Source: Candidatus Lustribacter sp.
GTDB lineage: Bacteria > Vulcanimicrobiota > Vulcanimicrobiia > Vulcanimicrobiales > Vulcanimicrobiaceae
Assembly (NCBI GenBank): GCA_965277805.1
Contig: OZ255842.1
Coordinates: forward strand, 2,336,001-2,400,000
Direction: 5' to 3'
DNA: 64,000 nucleotides
Below the pieces are notes generated by a model. That model was not told where the DNA came from, ran no database searches, and saw only the letters and a program-made list of their open reading frames with translations. Of the stretch, positions 9,968 to 19,268 are shown piece after piece. Position 1 is the first letter of the stretch; each line of letters opens with the position of its first letter. The translations under genes and the position numbers were made by a program.

Positions 9968-10792
9968 GTGTCCGAAGTGATTCAGGTTCGACAACCGGTT
10001 GGCAGGAAGAAGATTTTGCCACGACTTCGGCTACAGAACTCGACGGCGCGCGGGGTGCTCTCGATCATCGCCGCCGGCGTGATCTGGGAAATCGCCGGGC
10101 GCACGTTCCTGAGCAACCCGCTCTTCTTCGCCCCGCTCAGCGCGGTCATCGCGAAGATGCAGCAGCTTTGGGTGGCCGGCACGCTGCAGCAAGACATCCT
10201 GGTCAGCGCGCAAGAGTTCATCATCGGCTTCGTGCTCGCATCGATCGCCGGCATCGCGATCGGCGTGATCATGGCGAGCTCCAAAGCCATTTGCGACGTC
10301 ATCGATCCGTGGGTCTCGATGCTCTATGCCACGCCGTTCGTCGCGCTCGCGCCGCTGCTCACGTTGTGGCTCGGCATCGGCATGACGGCCCACATCGCTG
10401 TCGTCTTCATCGTCGTGATCTTTCCGGTGCTCATCAACACCCACGCGGGCCTGGCCAATAGCGACCGCGATCTGATCGAGGTCGCGCGATCGTACGGCGC
10501 CGATCAGCGTCAGATCTTCGTGAAAATCCGCTTCCCCGGCGCCTTGCCGTTCATCGTAGCCGGCCTGCGGCAAGGCATCGCGCGCGGGCTCACCGGCGTC
10601 GTCGTCGCCGAGCTGTTCGGGTCGCGCGCCGGTCTCGGCTACCTGATCCTGATCTCGGGCCAGCAATTCGATCCGGCCGGGCTGCTCGTCGGCATCTTGC
10701 TCTTCGCACTCGTCGGCGTCGGCGCCGTCGAGGCGGTTCGCATTCTCGAACGGCGCATCGCGCCGTGGCGCTTCTCGGAGGTCAGCGAATGA
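9968..10792 (+). CDS. ABC permease, SsuC/TauC-like
   Basis: EVARSYGA EAA-type loop and VVAELFGSRAGLG; AAGGAG RBS before GTG 9968. Confidence 0.9.
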   Translation: MSEVIQVRQPVGRKKILPRLRLQNSTARGVLSIIAAGVIWEIAGRTFLSNPLFFAPLSAVIAKMQQLWVAGTLQQDILVSAQEFIIGFVLASIAGIAIGVIMASSKAICDVIDPWVSMLYATPFVALAPLLTLWLGIGMTAHIAVVFIVVIFPVLINTHAGLANSDRDLIEVARSYGADQRQIFVKIRFPGALPFIVAGLRQGIARGLTGVVVAELFGSRAGLGYLILISGQQFDPAGLLVGILLFALVGVGAVEAVRILERRIAPWRFSEVSE

Positions 10793-11622
10793 CGTCGACG
10801 GTTGCACCGGCGCTGCCGAAGCTCTCGATCGAGCATCTCTCGAAGAGCTATCGCAAGGGCGATCAGTCGGTCGAAGCCCTGCGCGACGTGAGCATCGATA
10901 TCGCCGGCGGCGAGTTCGTCTCGATCGTCGGCGCGTCGGGCTGCGGCAAGACGACGCTGCTGCGTATGCTCGACGGCTTGATCGCGCCGAGTTCGGGCAG
11001 CATCGCGCTCGATCAGAAGCCGATCGACGGGCCGGGATACGGGCGCGCCTTCGTCTTTCAACAAGACCGTCTGCTGCCATGGCGCAACGTGCTCACCAAC
11101 GTCATGCTGGGCACGGAGATCCAAGGGCACAAGGCACCGGCCGATCGCGCGCGTGCGCTGCAGTTCATCGAACTGGTCGGTCTGAGCGGTTTCGAGAAGC
11201 ATTATCCGCACGAGCTCTCGGGCGGTATGCGTCAGCGCGTCAACCTGGCGCGCGCGCTCACCGCGGAACCCGAGGTACTGCTGCTCGACGAACCGTTCGC
11301 TTCGCTCGATGCGCAGACGCGCGAGATCATGCAAGCGGAGTTGCTGCGGGTCTGGCGCGAGACGCGCAAGACGGCGATCTTCGTCACGCACCAAATCGAC
11401 GAAGCCGTCTACCTCTCGGATCGCGTGGTGGTGCTCACCGTTCGTCCGGGGCGCATCAAGGAGATCGTGAAGATCGACCTGCCGCGCCCGCGCGAACTAT
11501 CGGTGAAGCGCACCCCGGCGTTCGTCGAATATACGAGCCACATCTGGCAGCTCATCGAGCAAGAGGTTCAGGAAAGCATCGGCCTCGAGAAGGCCGCCGC
11601 GGCGGCCCGGCACCTTACTTAG
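10789..11622 (+). CDS. ABC ATP-binding protein, SsuB/TauB-like
   Basis: GASGCGKT Walker A, LSGGMRQR signature, LLLDEPF Walker B. Confidence 0.95.
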   Translation: MTSTVAPALPKLSIEHLSKSYRKGDQSVEALRDVSIDIAGGEFVSIVGASGCGKTTLLRMLDGLIAPSSGSIALDQKPIDGPGYGRAFVFQQDRLLPWRNVLTNVMLGTEIQGHKAPADRARALQFIELVGLSGFEKHYPHELSGGMRQRVNLARALTAEPEVLLLDEPFASLDAQTREIMQAELLRVWRETRKTAIFVTHQIDEAVYLSDRVVVLTVRPGRIKEIVKIDLPRPRELSVKRTPAFVEYTSHIWQLIEQEVQESIGLEKAAAAARHLT

Positions 11623-12589
11623 AACACCACTCCGTGTCGACCAGCTTGGCCGAATCGCCCGGCTTGAGCGTGGTCAAGCGGTTTTGCTGCTGCAGGATCG
11701 ACACCAGCGTATCTAACCGCGACGGCACGGCGCACTTATCGGTGAGCACGTGCTTTTGCACCCAGTAGCTGTAGGCCGCTTCCGATTCTTCCTGGGTGCT
11801 GTTGGTCGCGGCGGCAAGGATATCGATCGCCTTCGCCTTGTTGGCCGGATTGTTGAGCCACGCGAGCGATTCGGCTTGGACTTTGAGGAACTTCCGCAGC
11901 GCGTCCGGGTGCTGCTGCGCCCAATCCTTGCGCACGGCGAGCAGGCTGAGCGCGAGGCTCGGCACGACGTCGGGCGTAAACGCGAGCGAGGTCATGCCGC
12001 GCGCCTTCAGCTTTTCATCTGCGGGCGATGAGAACAAACCCGCGTCGATCGCGCCTCCGAGCATCGCCGCTAAGCGCTGGCTCTGGCCGCCGCCGTACAC
12101 CCAATCGACGTCCTTTTCCGGATCGAGCCCGGCTTTCTTGAGGATGTTCTTGAGCACGGTCGTGTAGATCTCGATCGGCGACGCCGCACCGATGCGTTTC
12201 CCCTTGAGCTGCGCGATGGTTTTGATGCCCGGTGCGGCCATGAGGTTGTAAGGATTGCGATCGGCGACCGGTCCCACGGCGACGATGTTCGCGCCCTTGT
12301 CGACGCCGAGCACGAAGCCGGTTGAATCGATCGACACGACGTCGAGCGAGCCGCCGATCAATGCCGTGACGGTCGTCGGCGGATCGACGAGCGTCTGCTG
12401 CACGTCCAAGCCTTCGTTCTTGTAGAAGCCTTCGGCTTGGCCGACGAAGTACGCCCAATCGACCGGCGTCTGCGACATCGCGCCGCGCTTGACCACCGTC
12501 AGCGGCGCATCGGCAGCGCTCGCGGACACCAGCGATGCGGCAAACAAGAGCGCGAAGCCGGCAACGGCGGCACGGGCGATTTTCTTCAC
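11615..12589 (-). CDS. ABC substrate-binding protein, NMT1/SsuA-like
   Basis: Signal peptide; GFYKNEGLDV and QLKGKRIG; GTG start overlaps the upstream TGA. Confidence 0.85.
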   Translation of the reverse strand: MKKIARAAVAGFALLFAASLVSASAADAPLTVVKRGAMSQTPVDWAYFVGQAEGFYKNEGLDVQQTLVDPPTTVTALIGGSLDVVSIDSTGFVLGVDKGANIVAVGPVADRNPYNLMAAPGIKTIAQLKGKRIGAASPIEIYTTVLKNILKKAGLDPEKDVDWVYGGGQSQRLAAMLGGAIDAGLFSSPADEKLKARGMTSLAFTPDVVPSLALSLLAVRKDWAQQHPDALRKFLKVQAESLAWLNNPANKAKAIDILAAATNSTQEESEAAYSYWVQKHVLTDKCAVPSRLDTLVSILQQQNRLTTLKPGDSAKLVDTEWCSK

Positions 12590-13689
12590 GAGAACTCCTC
12601 AATGCGGAATCGTTCCGACGACCAGAACGGCCCGGTGTACCCGCACAGCCGGAAGATCGCCGTATGCGCGATGTCGCGCACGAACTTGATGTCGACTTGC
12701 GGACGGCCCGTCTCATAGCCCGGCGGTCCGAAGTAGCCGTGATCGAGCAGCTCGGTGCGAACCGCGGTGAGCCGGTCGAGGCCCGCTTCGTCGACGTTGA
12801 GCCGCAGCTCGGCGACCATGCCGGCAAAGTCCGCGCGATACGCATGTTCGGCGTTCGGAGCGCGGCGCTCGGCGAGATAATATGCGGTGGTCTGTACGGC
12901 GTCCATGAGCAAGCCGGCGGAAAGATGAATCTGTGCGACCACGTTCGATCCGGTGATCTGATCGAACACGACGTCAGCCGGAAAGCCGCCTTCGGCGAGG
13001 GGGACGACGCCTTCGCCGATCGCCGCGAACGCGCGCAACAGTACCGCGTCGTCGGCGGGAAACGGCGAATGCGGAAAGCGTCCGACCCGGCGGTAACCGC
13101 GGTAGTGCGTGGCCGAAAGCAGCTTGTCGCCCGCGGCGTACTGCTCGATCGCGATGATCGGCGTCGCGATGCCGGCGATCAACGAGATCACCATCTCGAG
13201 CCGATCACGTTCTTTCGGACTGAGCACGCCTTCGATCGCAACGGCCATGCGCAGGTCGTGATGGCTCGTCGCGTCGGGTGAATGACCTTGAAACACGACC
13301 GTACGGCCGGCAAAGCGGCTCACGCCGTTCCAGCTCGTACCGGAGAGAATCACGCGCGTTGAAGCGACCGGCAGACCGGCCGCACCGCCGTAGGAAAGGT
13401 GAAGTTCGGCACAGTTGAAGAGCCGCGCGCCGTTTGCCGACGTGCCGGTAAACGTGACGGGTGAACTGCGCCACGAACCGTCGGCGGCTTCGAGTTTACC
13501 GCCCGGCTCGCCGTACCGTTCTTCCGGAATCGCGAACGTGGAAATATCTTCGAAGCGCGCGCTGATCGAGCTGCTCGATACCGTCACCGATACGTTGCCG
13601 CGAGATTGTTCGCCCGACTTGGCCGTGTACACGGCTTCGCACGGAGCCGTTGTAAACGACTCCGTCGCGCCGCGTTCAGCGATCGACAT
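12586..13689 (-). CDS. Uncharacterised protein, putative ApeA/HEPN-fold derivative (paralog A)
   Basis: 367 aa; shares HHDxRMA, RVGxxPHSPF, IHxSA and PGYETGRPQxDIKFxRDIA with 20411-21529; abuts both neighbours. Confidence is for the CDS; the fold call is weaker. Confidence 0.8.
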   Translation of the reverse strand: MSIAERGATESFTTAPCEAVYTAKSGEQSRGNVSVTVSSSSISARFEDISTFAIPEERYGEPGGKLEAADGSWRSSPVTFTGTSANGARLFNCAELHLSYGGAAGLPVASTRVILSGTSWNGVSRFAGRTVVFQGHSPDATSHHDLRMAVAIEGVLSPKERDRLEMVISLIAGIATPIIAIEQYAAGDKLLSATHYRGYRRVGRFPHSPFPADDAVLLRAFAAIGEGVVPLAEGGFPADVVFDQITGSNVVAQIHLSAGLLMDAVQTTAYYLAERRAPNAEHAYRADFAGMVAELRLNVDEAGLDRLTAVRTELLDHGYFGPPGYETGRPQVDIKFVRDIAHTAIFRLCGYTGPFWSSERFRIEEFS

Positions 13690-14151
13690 CTAGCTGAAGA
13701 ATTTGCCGGGCAGCGGAATGACGGGCTGCTCTTTGTTCTCCACCGAATCGCCGGCGAACGGTTTGCCCTCGAGGTCGACGCGGTCGTCAAAGTTCGTCCA
13801 GCCCTCGCGCTTCGCGCCGACGCGCAGGAGCACCAGATTCTCATCGCCGCTGCTGAGGAACCAGTAGTAGCTGCCCGAGGGAATCATGATGCCGTCGTAC
13901 TTGCGCAGCACGCGAATCTCTTCGCTCTCACCAAGCCGGAACGTCGCCTCACCGGCGAGGATCACGAACATATGATCTTCTTGGCTGTGCGTGTGGATCG
14001 CGTTTTCACCGCCGGCCGCATAGACTTTCAAGTGGGCGGCCAAGAGATCGGTTTTGGCGAGCAAGTCCATCGTGCGGCCTTGCGCGAGCAACTGACCTTT
14101 CAGCGTGAACGGCTTTGCTTCCGGAGCGGCCTTTTGGGTTTGCGTGCTCAT
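13690..14151 (-). CDS. Cupin-domain protein
   Basis: GGENAIHTHSQEDHMFVILAGEA cupin motif 1; IPSGSYY. Confidence 0.85.
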   Translation of the reverse strand: MSTQTQKAAPEAKPFTLKGQLLAQGRTMDLLAKTDLLAAHLKVYAAGGENAIHTHSQEDHMFVILAGEATFRLGESEEIRVLRKYDGIMIPSGSYYWFLSSGDENLVLLRVGAKREGWTNFDDRVDLEGKPFAGDSVENKEQPVIPLPGKFFS

Positions 14152-14167
14152 CAATCGTCTCTTTCTG

Positions 14168-14890
14168 CTAGGCGGTAACGGCGGTGGGAGCGGCTCCCGA
14201 AGAGAGGAGCTTTCCGAGGCCGGACGTGGTGGGGTGCCCGATTTGGGCCAGCGACCACCACGCGGTGGCCTGGGTTTGTTCGATCACGGGGATGTTCTTT
14301 TCATCTTCGAGCACCCGCGAGATGCCGAGCATATTGCCGCGCGCAAAGATTACGACGCCGTCGCACTGCGGAAAGCGCGGCAGCGTTTCCCGCGCCAGCG
14401 CATCGTAGTCGGCCGCCGTCTTGGCGTTCACTTCATCTGCGTTGCGGCAGCCGAGCCCGACCGCCGCCTCGACGGCGAGGCCCACGTCGCGGCAAAACCC
14501 GACGATCTTGTCGTTCGACGGCTCGTCGTACTGCGTCACGAGCAGCGCATGACGCACGCCCAGATGCAGGCAGGCGAGCGCCGTCGCCGTGAGGCTCGAA
14601 ACGATCGGCACGCCGCGTTCGCGCGCGAGGCTTCCGAACAGCTCTTGCTCGGCCGCATAGCCGCGTCGCGCCGCATTCGGAATGCCCATGACCACGATGG
14701 CTTTCGCGCCCTCATCCGCGAGCACGTGCACCGCACCCGGAATCGCCGCGTTCGAACGCGCTTCTTCGCCCGGCTTGCCGTTGCGGTTGTTCAGCGTCGC
14801 AACGATTGCGGTCACGTCGGTGGGGAGCACCTCGTTGAGATCCGAGGGCAGTTGAACGACCGACGGCGAGATCGATCCAATTTTCGGCAT
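14168..14890 (-). CDS. Maleate isomerase/arylmalonate decarboxylase (Asp/Glu racemase fold)-like protein
   Basis: KIGSISPS, GVPIVSS, LGVRHALLVTQY and LEDEKNIPVI pattern; catalytic Cys not seen. Confidence 0.7.
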   Translation of the reverse strand: MPKIGSISPSVVQLPSDLNEVLPTDVTAIVATLNNRNGKPGEEARSNAAIPGAVHVLADEGAKAIVVMGIPNAARRGYAAEQELFGSLARERGVPIVSSLTATALACLHLGVRHALLVTQYDEPSNDKIVGFCRDVGLAVEAAVGLGCRNADEVNAKTAADYDALARETLPRFPQCDGVVIFARGNMLGISRVLEDEKNIPVIEQTQATAWWSLAQIGHPTTSGLGKLLSSGAAPTAVTA

Positions 14891-14893
14891 CGA

Positions 14894-16198
14894 TCAGGCT
14901 TCGACCAGCATGTTCTTCCGGCGCGCCGCCTCGACGTAGAGATCTTCGATTTCGTCCGCAACGTGTTCGGGCAAACGATCGGCGGCGGTAACCGAACCGC
15001 GAATGTACGAACCGTCCGCAGCGTAACCCCACGCATGACCGCGATCGAGCACGGTCGGCAGATCGATCTGCACGTTCTCAGCCGGATCGCGGAACACGTT
15101 GATCGGCGTCATGCCGGCTTCGACGCGTTCGATCTGATCGCGAATCAGCTGACGGTAGGCGATGATGCCGCGATCGGAATCACCGAGGCGCTCCTTGGTG
15201 CGGTCCATGATCTCGCCTTGCATCGTCCAGGCCATGAAGTCTTGACCGTTGACGGTGTCGAGCGAGAGAAAATTCCCCGTCTCGTCGCGGACCGGCATCT
15301 CGTAGTAGGGCACGACCTCTTGCTTGGGCACTTTCACGCCGTTGCCGGGCTGGAACGAACGCAGCACCACTTGCATCGTGTGGGTATCATCGATCGGCAC
15401 GCGCCAGCCGAAATCGTGGCGGCCCGAACCCGACGTCACGTGCGTGTTCGGGAAAACGAGCGGCGAGCTCGACGTCCACGTGTTCGCCGTTTCGCTTTGG
15501 CCTTCGATCAGCCAGCCGCGATGCAGGCCGTACTTGTGCATGCCGTACTCGTGCTTGATGATCGGTTTCTGAAAGCCCGATGCGAGCGCCCAGCGCGGAT
15601 CGCTCTTCGGAATCCCCTGTTCGCCGAGCCAGGTTTGAAAAAACTCGCCGTGCAGATAGATCGTGTGCATCGCATCGGGCGTGTTCTCCATGCACTGCAG
15701 CCAGTTGCACGGCACGATCGCATACGCGATGACGCGGTAGACGTCGTCCCACACGAGACGGTCCCAGTTCGGCAGCAGCGGTACCGGATCGGGCCCGATG
15801 TACGCAAACACGAGCCCGGCCAATTCCTGGACGTGATAGGCGCCGATTTGGACCTTGTCTTTGAACGTGCTGCCGGCGGGCTCGGCCGGTTGATCGACGC
15901 ATTGGCCGGTCGTATCGAACGTCCAGCCGTGATAGGGGCAACGGATGCCCGCGTCGTTCGTCCGCGCGCAGTCAAGCTTGACCTGACGGTGCGCGCAGCG
16001 ATCGTCGACCAGGCCCATACGATTCTTGCCATCGAGGAAGAGCACCATGTCTTGACCGTAGAGCCGGATCGGCATGACGCGGCGCTCGCGCAGCTGCTGC
16101 ATCGGCGCGACCGGCTGCCAATAGTGCCGGAAGAGCTTCCCGACCGGCGTCCCGGGGCCGACGCGGGTGAGGCGCTCGTTTTCTTCAGCGGTCAACAT
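14894..16198 (-). CDS. Rieske oxygenase alpha subunit, close paralog of 8647-9954
   Basis: CAHR...CPYHGW, ENTPDAMHTIYLH and GQD; AAGGAG RBS before ATG 16198. Confidence 0.92.
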   Translation of the reverse strand: MLTAEENERLTRVGPGTPVGKLFRHYWQPVAPMQQLRERRVMPIRLYGQDMVLFLDGKNRMGLVDDRCAHRQVKLDCARTNDAGIRCPYHGWTFDTTGQCVDQPAEPAGSTFKDKVQIGAYHVQELAGLVFAYIGPDPVPLLPNWDRLVWDDVYRVIAYAIVPCNWLQCMENTPDAMHTIYLHGEFFQTWLGEQGIPKSDPRWALASGFQKPIIKHEYGMHKYGLHRGWLIEGQSETANTWTSSSPLVFPNTHVTSGSGRHDFGWRVPIDDTHTMQVVLRSFQPGNGVKVPKQEVVPYYEMPVRDETGNFLSLDTVNGQDFMAWTMQGEIMDRTKERLGDSDRGIIAYRQLIRDQIERVEAGMTPINVFRDPAENVQIDLPTVLDRGHAWGYAADGSYIRGSVTAADRLPEHVADEIEDLYVEAARRKNMLVEA

Positions 16199-16229
16199 GT
16201 GGTGGGGCTCCTTCTGAAATACTTCTTTT

Positions 16230-16293
16230 AGAGTACGCCCCGGGCTGGACCCGTTCAATTCTTATACCGGCGGCATCCATTCCGTTACCTCAT
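16230..16293 (-). promoter_or_regulatory. Sigma70-type promoter (TTGAAC-N17-TACTCT) with an upstream LysR-type T-N11-A box
   Basis: -35 at 16253-16258 and -10 at 16230-16235 on the minus strand; ATTCCGTTACCTCAT at 16279-16293, centred near -63. Confidence 0.55.
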
Positions 16294-16344
16294 GTATCAA
16301 CGCAGCGCAAGGTCGCCGGTCCGGCCGCGGGAATTAGGCCGCCC

Positions 16345-17124
16345 ATGCCAGCCGTAGATGCCGCGAACGCCGCGCGCTTGATCGATCTCGTCACCGCCAG
16401 CCGGATCCTCGAAAACGAGGGCATCCTCGACAGCTACGGCCACGTCACCGTGCGTTCTGCCACGGATCCGGGACATTTTTTCATGCCGCGCGCCTTGCCG
16501 CCCGGCTCGATCACGGCCGGCGATTTGGTCGAACTCGATCTCGAGTGCACGCCGGTGCTGCCGAACGCGCCGCGTCTCAACGGCGAGCGGTTCATCCACT
16601 CCGAGATCTACAAAGCGCGGCCCGACGTGCAGTGCGTGATTCACTCGCACTCGGCGGCCGTAATCCCGTTCGCCGTGGCCGGCGTGCCGCTGCGTCCGGT
16701 GCTCGCACAAGGCGGCTTCTTGCCGCCCGAAACGCCGGTCTTTGAGATTCGCGAAGCGACGGGGACCGTGGCCTCGCGCGGCATGCTCGTGACGAACAGC
16801 GCGCTCGGCGCGTTTCTCGCAAAAAAACTCGGCGCAGCGCCCGCGATTCTGCTGCGCGGCCACGGTGATGCCGTCGTCGGCACGAGCGTGAAACAAGCCG
16901 TCGTGCGCGCGCTCTACGTATCGCTGAACGCGCGCGTGCAGTCGGAAGCGATGCGACTCAGCCCCACTATCACCGCGATGGACGACGCCGAACTCGAGTA
17001 TAATGCGAAAGAAAACTTCGACGTCGACCGCCCGTGGGCGAATTTCAAACGCCGCTTGACCGAAGGCTACTACGCTCGCGGCCGCGAGCTTCCGAAAGGC
17101 TTCGAGCTCGACCCGATTACCTAA
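16345..17124 (+). CDS. Class II aldolase/adducin-family protein (possible decarboxylase)
   Basis: YGHVTVR, ERFIHSEIYKARPDV, HSHS and LRGHG. Confidence 0.88.
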   Translation: MPAVDAANAARLIDLVTASRILENEGILDSYGHVTVRSATDPGHFFMPRALPPGSITAGDLVELDLECTPVLPNAPRLNGERFIHSEIYKARPDVQCVIHSHSAAVIPFAVAGVPLRPVLAQGGFLPPETPVFEIREATGTVASRGMLVTNSALGAFLAKKLGAAPAILLRGHGDAVVGTSVKQAVVRALYVSLNARVQSEAMRLSPTITAMDDAELEYNAKENFDVDRPWANFKRRLTEGYYARGRELPKGFELDPIT

Positions 17125-18176
17125 ACCGGCGAGAGCTCTTTCGCGGGCGCATCGAGCTTCATGAAGCGCTTGATGTTGCCGCTGAGGATCTTCTCTTTGT
17201 CTTCCCGCGAGAGCGCGATCGCCTCGAACAACTCTAGCGCGTAGTGCGAATCCCAGCACGGGTAATCCGTGCCGTACATCACGTGATCCACGCCGAAGTA
17301 TTCGATCGCAAACCGCATGCCCGCCGTGTGCGGCGAGACCATGTCGGTGTACATGCGCTTCAAGTACGTGCTCGGCAACTCCGGCAGCTTTGCGCCGGTG
17401 CCGTTCTTGTCGAGACGTCCCGCTTGATACGGCAGCGCACCGCCGGTGTGCGATACGACGACCTTCAAGTTCGGATAGCGTTCCATGATGCCCGAGAAGA
17501 TCAACCGCGACGTCGCAACGGTCGCCTCCATGATGCGGCCTACGCTGCGATGCAGCGCACCGCCGTAGCCGGCCAGCGGATCGGCGAAGAGCGCATCGGT
17601 CGGATGCATGAAGAGCGGGATGCCCAACTGTTCGCAGCGCGCATAGAACGGCTCGAGCCGCGGCGCGGCGATGTCCGGATCGTCGCCGATGCTGCCCGGA
17701 ATATTGACGCCGAGCAAGCCTAAACGACCGACGGCATCTTCGAGCACGTCGATTGCAACTTGGGTGTCGGTTAGCGGCACCGCCGCGGTGGCCCAAAAAC
17801 GCCCGGGGTGCGAACGCACCGCGCCGGCCATCTCTTCGTTCCACTGGATCGCCGCTTCTTTGCCTTCGGCGGCCGGCACATCGGAGAAGTGCACCGAGAA
17901 CGGCCCGATCGACCCGAGCGCCGAGACGTGATGCCCCAGCGTGTCCATGTACGTGAAATGCCCGTCCAGATCGTACCAAACCGCCGGCACCGCCAGCACA
18001 TACGTGCAGCCGGGCGCCCGATAGTAATTGAACCCGCCCTTACCGTCAGGCTCCGCCCGCGGATACCCCTTACGCTTGCACAGATCCTCAAAGATCGACC
18101 GCGGCCACCAATGAAAATGCGACTCAATAATGTCCACGGCCAAAACCTCCGGAACAAGCGCTGCCAGGTCTAGCAA
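17121..18176 (-). CDS. Amidohydrolase-2 family (ACMSD-like decarboxylase/hydratase)
   Basis: SHFH, FMHP, SHTGG and YGTDYP motifs. Confidence 0.88.
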   Translation of the reverse strand: MLDLAALVPEVLAVDIIESHFHWWPRSIFEDLCKRKGYPRAEPDGKGGFNYYRAPGCTYVLAVPAVWYDLDGHFTYMDTLGHHVSALGSIGPFSVHFSDVPAAEGKEAAIQWNEEMAGAVRSHPGRFWATAAVPLTDTQVAIDVLEDAVGRLGLLGVNIPGSIGDDPDIAAPRLEPFYARCEQLGIPLFMHPTDALFADPLAGYGGALHRSVGRIMEATVATSRLIFSGIMERYPNLKVVVSHTGGALPYQAGRLDKNGTGAKLPELPSTYLKRMYTDMVSPHTAGMRFAIEYFGVDHVMYGTDYPCWDSHYALELFEAIALSREDKEKILSGNIKRFMKLDAPAKELSPV

Positions 18177-18197
18177 GGTTCAAGCGCATCCCCCCTT

Positions 18198-18240
18198 TGT
18201 CATGCCGAGCGGAGCGCCGTAGGGCGCGGAGACGAGGTAC
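18198..18240 (+). repeat. REP-like palindromic repeat, copy 3
   Basis: TGTCATGCCGAGCGGA-GCGCC-GTA-G-GGCGC-GGAGACGAGGTAC, between co-oriented genes. Confidence 0.75.
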
Positions 18241-18293
18241 GCGCCATAATCATGACACCAGCCGGAGCAATGCCCCCAACGGAAGACCGCCAA

Positions 18294-19268
18294 CTACCGC
18301 GGGCACCACTCCGCATCGATATACTTATCCACATCCGCCGGCGTCGACTTCGTCTGCCCGGTATCATGCATCATCGCCAAATCCGCTTGCATCCCCGGCT
18401 TCATGACACAATAATTCGTCGGAAAATCCCGCACCTTGACGACGTACTCGTTATACGCATCGCCCGCCTCATACGCCGAAACGTTCGTGGCCTTCTCCAA
18501 AATCGCAAGCGCATCGGCCTTATTCGCCGGATCGGCCAGCCACCGGCTCGCCTCCGCCATCGCCTTCAAATATCCGCGCATCGCCGCCGGATTCTTCACG
18601 GCCCAATCCCGCCGCACCGCCGTAATACTCAACTGCAAATATTTATAATAATCCGGCGTGAACGCGAGCGCATGGAACCCGCTCTCCGCAAGTTTCGTAT
18701 CCTGCGGCGCCGCAAAGAGCCCAGCCTGAACCGCCCCGCCGGCCACTGCCGCATAGCGCTGATTCTGCCCGCCGCCGTACACGAGATCAACGTCCTTATC
18801 CGGATCGAGCCCGCCCTTGCGAATGATCTGCTTGATTACGAGCGTGTACAACTCGATCGGCGACACCGCGGCGACGTGCTTCCCCGCGAGATCCTTGACG
18901 GTTTTCACCGACCCCGGCACCATCAAGTGATACGGCATGCGGTCGGCGCCCGAGCCCGTCGCAACGACTCCCGCGCCCTTGTCGATTCCGAGGATCAGCT
19001 GCGTCGCCGGCGTGAGCGCAACATCAACGGATCCGCCGATGAGCGCCGGCACGATCGCGACCGGATCGAGCGCGATGAGTTGCACGTCCAGCCCTTCGCG
19101 TGCAAAGAAGCCGCGCGATTCGGCGATGAAGTGCGGCCAGTTCTGCGCCGTGATCGAGGGAGTGGCAAAGCGGATCACCGTCTTGGCCGGCGTGTCGGCC
19201 GATGCGCGCGCGCCGAGCAGGGCGATCGCAGCCGCAGCGATCGTCAGGACACGTCGAGCGCCGTTCAC
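18294..19268 (-). CDS. ABC substrate-binding protein, NMT1/SsuA-like
   Basis: GFFAREGLDV and KDLAGKHV; GTG 19268 overlaps the Rieske stop. Confidence 0.85.
   Translation of the reverse strand: MNGARRVLTIAAAAIALLGARASADTPAKTVIRFATPSITAQNWPHFIAESRGFFAREGLDVQLIALDPVAIVPALIGGSVDVALTPATQLILGIDKGAGVVATGSGADRMPYHLMVPGSVKTVKDLAGKHVAAVSPIELYTLVIKQIIRKGGLDPDKDVDLVYGGGQNQRYAAVAGGAVQAGLFAAPQDTKLAESGFHALAFTPDYYKYLQLSITAVRRDWAVKNPAAMRGYLKAMAEASRWLADPANKADALAILEKATNVSAYEAGDAYNEYVVKVRDFPTNYCVMKPGMQADLAMMHDTGQTKSTPADVDKYIDAEWCPR

Noticed and set aside
12586-13689. Active anti-phage HEPN RNase or toxin
   Set aside because: An Rx5H reading (RTELLDH) exists only in copy A and is RAELLER in copy B; context is metabolic with no defence or mobility genes. 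Not excluded without an assay
14105-16231. 708-aa plus-strand ORF, and similar long ORFs at 16297-17979, 24669-26492 and 48970-50673
   Set aside because: Antisense or off-frame shadows of well-supported genes; Arg/Ala-rich with no motifs, as expected at high GC
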